From Patescibacteria group bacterium UBA6241 (GTDB lineage: Bacteria > Patescibacteriota > Minisyncoccia > Phycocordibacterales > Phycocordibacteraceae): a stretch of 47,985 nt of DNA. How positions within the stretch are numbered: the first letter of the stretch is position 1; each line of letters begins with the position of its first letter. Where the stretch lies: NCBI GenBank assembly GCA_002441425.1, contig DJWB01000005.1:86705-134689 (forward strand), written 5' to 3'. Shown here in pieces: positions 45,464 to 47,985 of this stretch. A program made the translations under genes and the position numbers. A model generated the notes under the pieces. It did no database searches. It saw nothing but the letters and a program-made list of their open reading frames with translations, and was not told the DNA's origin.

Positions 45464-46042
45464 ATGGATCCACTCGCTCGTCTGTTCGGCAACCCAACCC
45501 GCCTCAAACTCCTCCGTCTCTTTCTGTTTAATGACGACATGGCCTTTTCTGTTGCCGAGGCACTCTTTCGTGCAAAGGCCCCTAAAGACTTAGGAAAGAA
45601 AGAAATCTCTTTATTGCTTGCCTGCGGAATTCTCAGAAAGAAACTAGGCAAGCAGGGAACTGCGTACTCTGCAGACAAGCGCTTTGCGCACTATGACGAG
45701 CTAAAGACTTTCTTGCGCACGACGACAGATGTGAGTGACGCATACTTACTGGCTGCGCTTAAGAAAGCAGGCAGTCTTAAAGTTGTGACACTAACCGGTC
45801 TCTTCACAGGAGTTATTGAATCAAAGATAGATTTGCTCGTGGTGGGGGACAAGCTTGAAGAAAAGCCGCTTGCGAATGCCGTGCACGCACTTGAAGCAGA
45901 GCTTGGACGTGAATTGCGCTACGCATCTTTCTCAACTGAAGAGTTCAGATACCGTTTGGGAGTATATGACCGTCTTCTCCGCGATGTATTTGATTACCCA
46001 AACCGGACGGTTATAGACAAATTAGGGATAACCTCCAAATAA
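45464..46042 (+). CDS. hypothetical protein with N-terminal wHTH-like segment
   Basis: MDPLARLFGNPTRLKLLRLFLFN... The ORF-track start at 45407 lies inside the rplL terminator, so a downstream Met was chosen. The start is uncertain. Confidence 0.4.
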   Translation: MDPLARLFGNPTRLKLLRLFLFNDDMAFSVAEALFRAKAPKDLGKKEISLLLACGILRKKLGKQGTAYSADKRFAHYDELKTFLRTTTDVSDAYLLAALKKAGSLKVVTLTGLFTGVIESKIDLLVVGDKLEEKPLANAVHALEAELGRELRYASFSTEEFRYRLGVYDRLLRDVFDYPNRTVIDKLGITSK

Positions 46043-46134
46043 AGTCCTATCCACAGACCCTGCCCCACAGGGTCTCTTGCTTGCTACACTTAAGGTATTA
46101 GCGGAATAACGCCGAAATTAAGTAAAACAACCCT

Positions 46135-46812
46135 ATGTTCCTCACTACCTGGGCAGATGTGTTGACGCAGTCCTTCCAGAATCTATCTTACGGACTCGTT
46201 GCATTCATCCCGAACCTTATTGTTGCAATTATTATCTTCGTTATCGGTTGGCTCGTTGGCGCCGGTATCGGACGTGTTGTTGCACAAGTTGTTACCTCGC
46301 TTCGTGTTGACCAGGCGCTTCGTGCGGCTGGAGTTGAGCGTGTTGTTGAGCGCGCAGGGTTCACTTTGAACGCCGGCGCTTTCCTTGGCTTCCTCGTGAA
46401 GTGGTTCTTCATTATCGTATTCCTCGTTGCATCTCTTGATGTACTTGGACTTACTCAGGTAACTGCATTCCTTTCAGGAGTAGTCTTGGGATATCTTCCT
46501 CAGGTTATTGTGGCAGTTCTTATCTTGCTTGTTGCAGCAGTACTTGCTGAAGCAACACAGCGAGTGGTTACTGGCGCAGCTCGTGCCGCAAACATTAGAA
46601 GCGCAAACCTTCTAGGCGCGATTACTCGCTGGTCAATCTGGATCTTCGCGATTCTTGCAGCACTTGATCGTTTGGGAATTTCTCCACTCGTACAGACTCT
46701 CTTCACAGGAGTCGTTGTGGCACTCTCACTCGCATTCGGGCTTGCCTTCGGTCTTGGAGGCCAGGCAGCAGCAGCGCGCTACATTGAGCGCGTGCAGAAC
46801 GAGATCAAATAA
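46135..46812 (+). CDS. membrane protein with repeated conserved TM-helix motifs (mechanosensitive-channel-related)
   Basis: Four repeats of a hydrophobic helix followed by a basic amphipathic segment (e.g. LIVAIIIFVIGWLVGAGIGRVV, VIVAVLILLVAAVLAEATQRVV). Confidence 0.55.
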   Translation: MFLTTWADVLTQSFQNLSYGLVAFIPNLIVAIIIFVIGWLVGAGIGRVVAQVVTSLRVDQALRAAGVERVVERAGFTLNAGAFLGFLVKWFFIIVFLVASLDVLGLTQVTAFLSGVVLGYLPQVIVAVLILLVAAVLAEATQRVVTGAARAANIRSANLLGAITRWSIWIFAILAALDRLGISPLVQTLFTGVVVALSLAFGLAFGLGGQAAAARYIERVQNEIK

Positions 46813-46830
46813 GCTCCCTAAAAGCAGCAC

Positions 46831-46860
46831 AAAAGCCCCGCCCACGAGCGGGGCTTTTGT
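46831..46860 (+). terminator. intrinsic terminator
   Basis: AGCCCCGC-ccacga-GCGGGGCT followed by TTTGTATT. Confidence 0.8.
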
Positions 46861-46866
46861 ATTGGT

Positions 46867-46895
46867 TTGACAGGATATATACCCCCGCGTATACT
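46867..46895 (+). promoter_or_regulatory. sigma70-type promoter of an orphan short transcript
   Basis: TTGACA, 17-nt spacer, TATACT. Confidence 0.5.
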
Positions 46896-46901
46896 CCTTA
46901 T

Positions 46902-46996
46902 TACGTGTTAAACACCAAGAAATTACTGACCAAACGGAGCGGATAGGTCGTAAGACCAGGCGTGAAAGCGTCGCCGCCCCGCATGGGGCTTTTTTC
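46902..46996 (+). ncRNA. candidate ~95-nt small RNA (promoter to terminator unit, family unknown)
   Basis: No ORF. Two GNRA-capped hairpins (GGTC-gtaa-GACC, GCGT-gaaa-GCGTC with G-T pairs), then terminator GCCCC-gcat-GGGGC plus TTTTTT. Confidence 0.3.
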
Positions 46997-47139
46997 TTGC
47001 ACAGAACACGGGCTCGTTGACAGACGAATATGCAAATAGGTAATCAACGCCGTATGGTGTGGACTTTGTTCATGCCATGCGGATTGAATATTGCAGAATC
47101 ACACAATCGTTAGAACAGTGGTGTTCAAGTTTCCGCACA

Positions 47140-47985
<846 letters not shown>

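Overview
The gene content suggests a chromosomal stretch from a small-genome Candidate Phyla Radiation (Parcubacteria-like) bacterium. This is an inference from a DUF5652-type membrane protein, compact housekeeping operons, a 23S rRNA with no 16S upstream, and no rplA after rplK. Most of the window is core machinery: ruvX, a pilM/N/O-like cluster, acyP, uppS, rplS, mscL, a ZIP transporter with a Fur-family regulator, secE-nusG-rplK, a folA-dcd-thyA / tmk-glyA thymidylate block, argS, ileS, recO, glyQS, metG, tatD, rpsF-ssb-rpsR, efp, an ECF sigma factor, ftsK-recA-pilin, rplJ-rplL, five complete tRNAs plus one partial, and the first ~850 nt of 23S rRNA.

The accessory highlight is a complete diversity-generating retroelement (DGR, ~6.37-9.08 kb) between tRNA-Leu and tRNA-His. 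It has a 212-aa target gene whose last ~94 nt (VR) differ from a downstream non-coding template repeat (TR) only at TR adenines: 16 mismatches, all at A, by hand alignment. It also has an Avd-like four-helix-bundle gene and a DGR-type reverse transcriptase.

The cassette is unusual in four ways:
- avd lies antisense between TR and RT.
- The avd 5' end is interrupted by a 9-nt homopolymer, which points to a possible phase switch or an assembly error.
- TR is followed by its own terminator-like hairpin.
- The target+TR module is much more GC-rich than the avd+RT module.

Other notable items:
- A ~190-aa histidine-phosphatase (PGAM-like) domain is inserted inside IleRS where the Zn knuckle normally sits.
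- Two further high-GC single-gene islets are present: a HAD-like gene where rplA would be expected, and an 89-aa orphan between argS and ileS.
- There are several orphan promoter/terminator units and structured non-coding regions.

All calls come from reading the sequence and the ORF track. No database search was possible.
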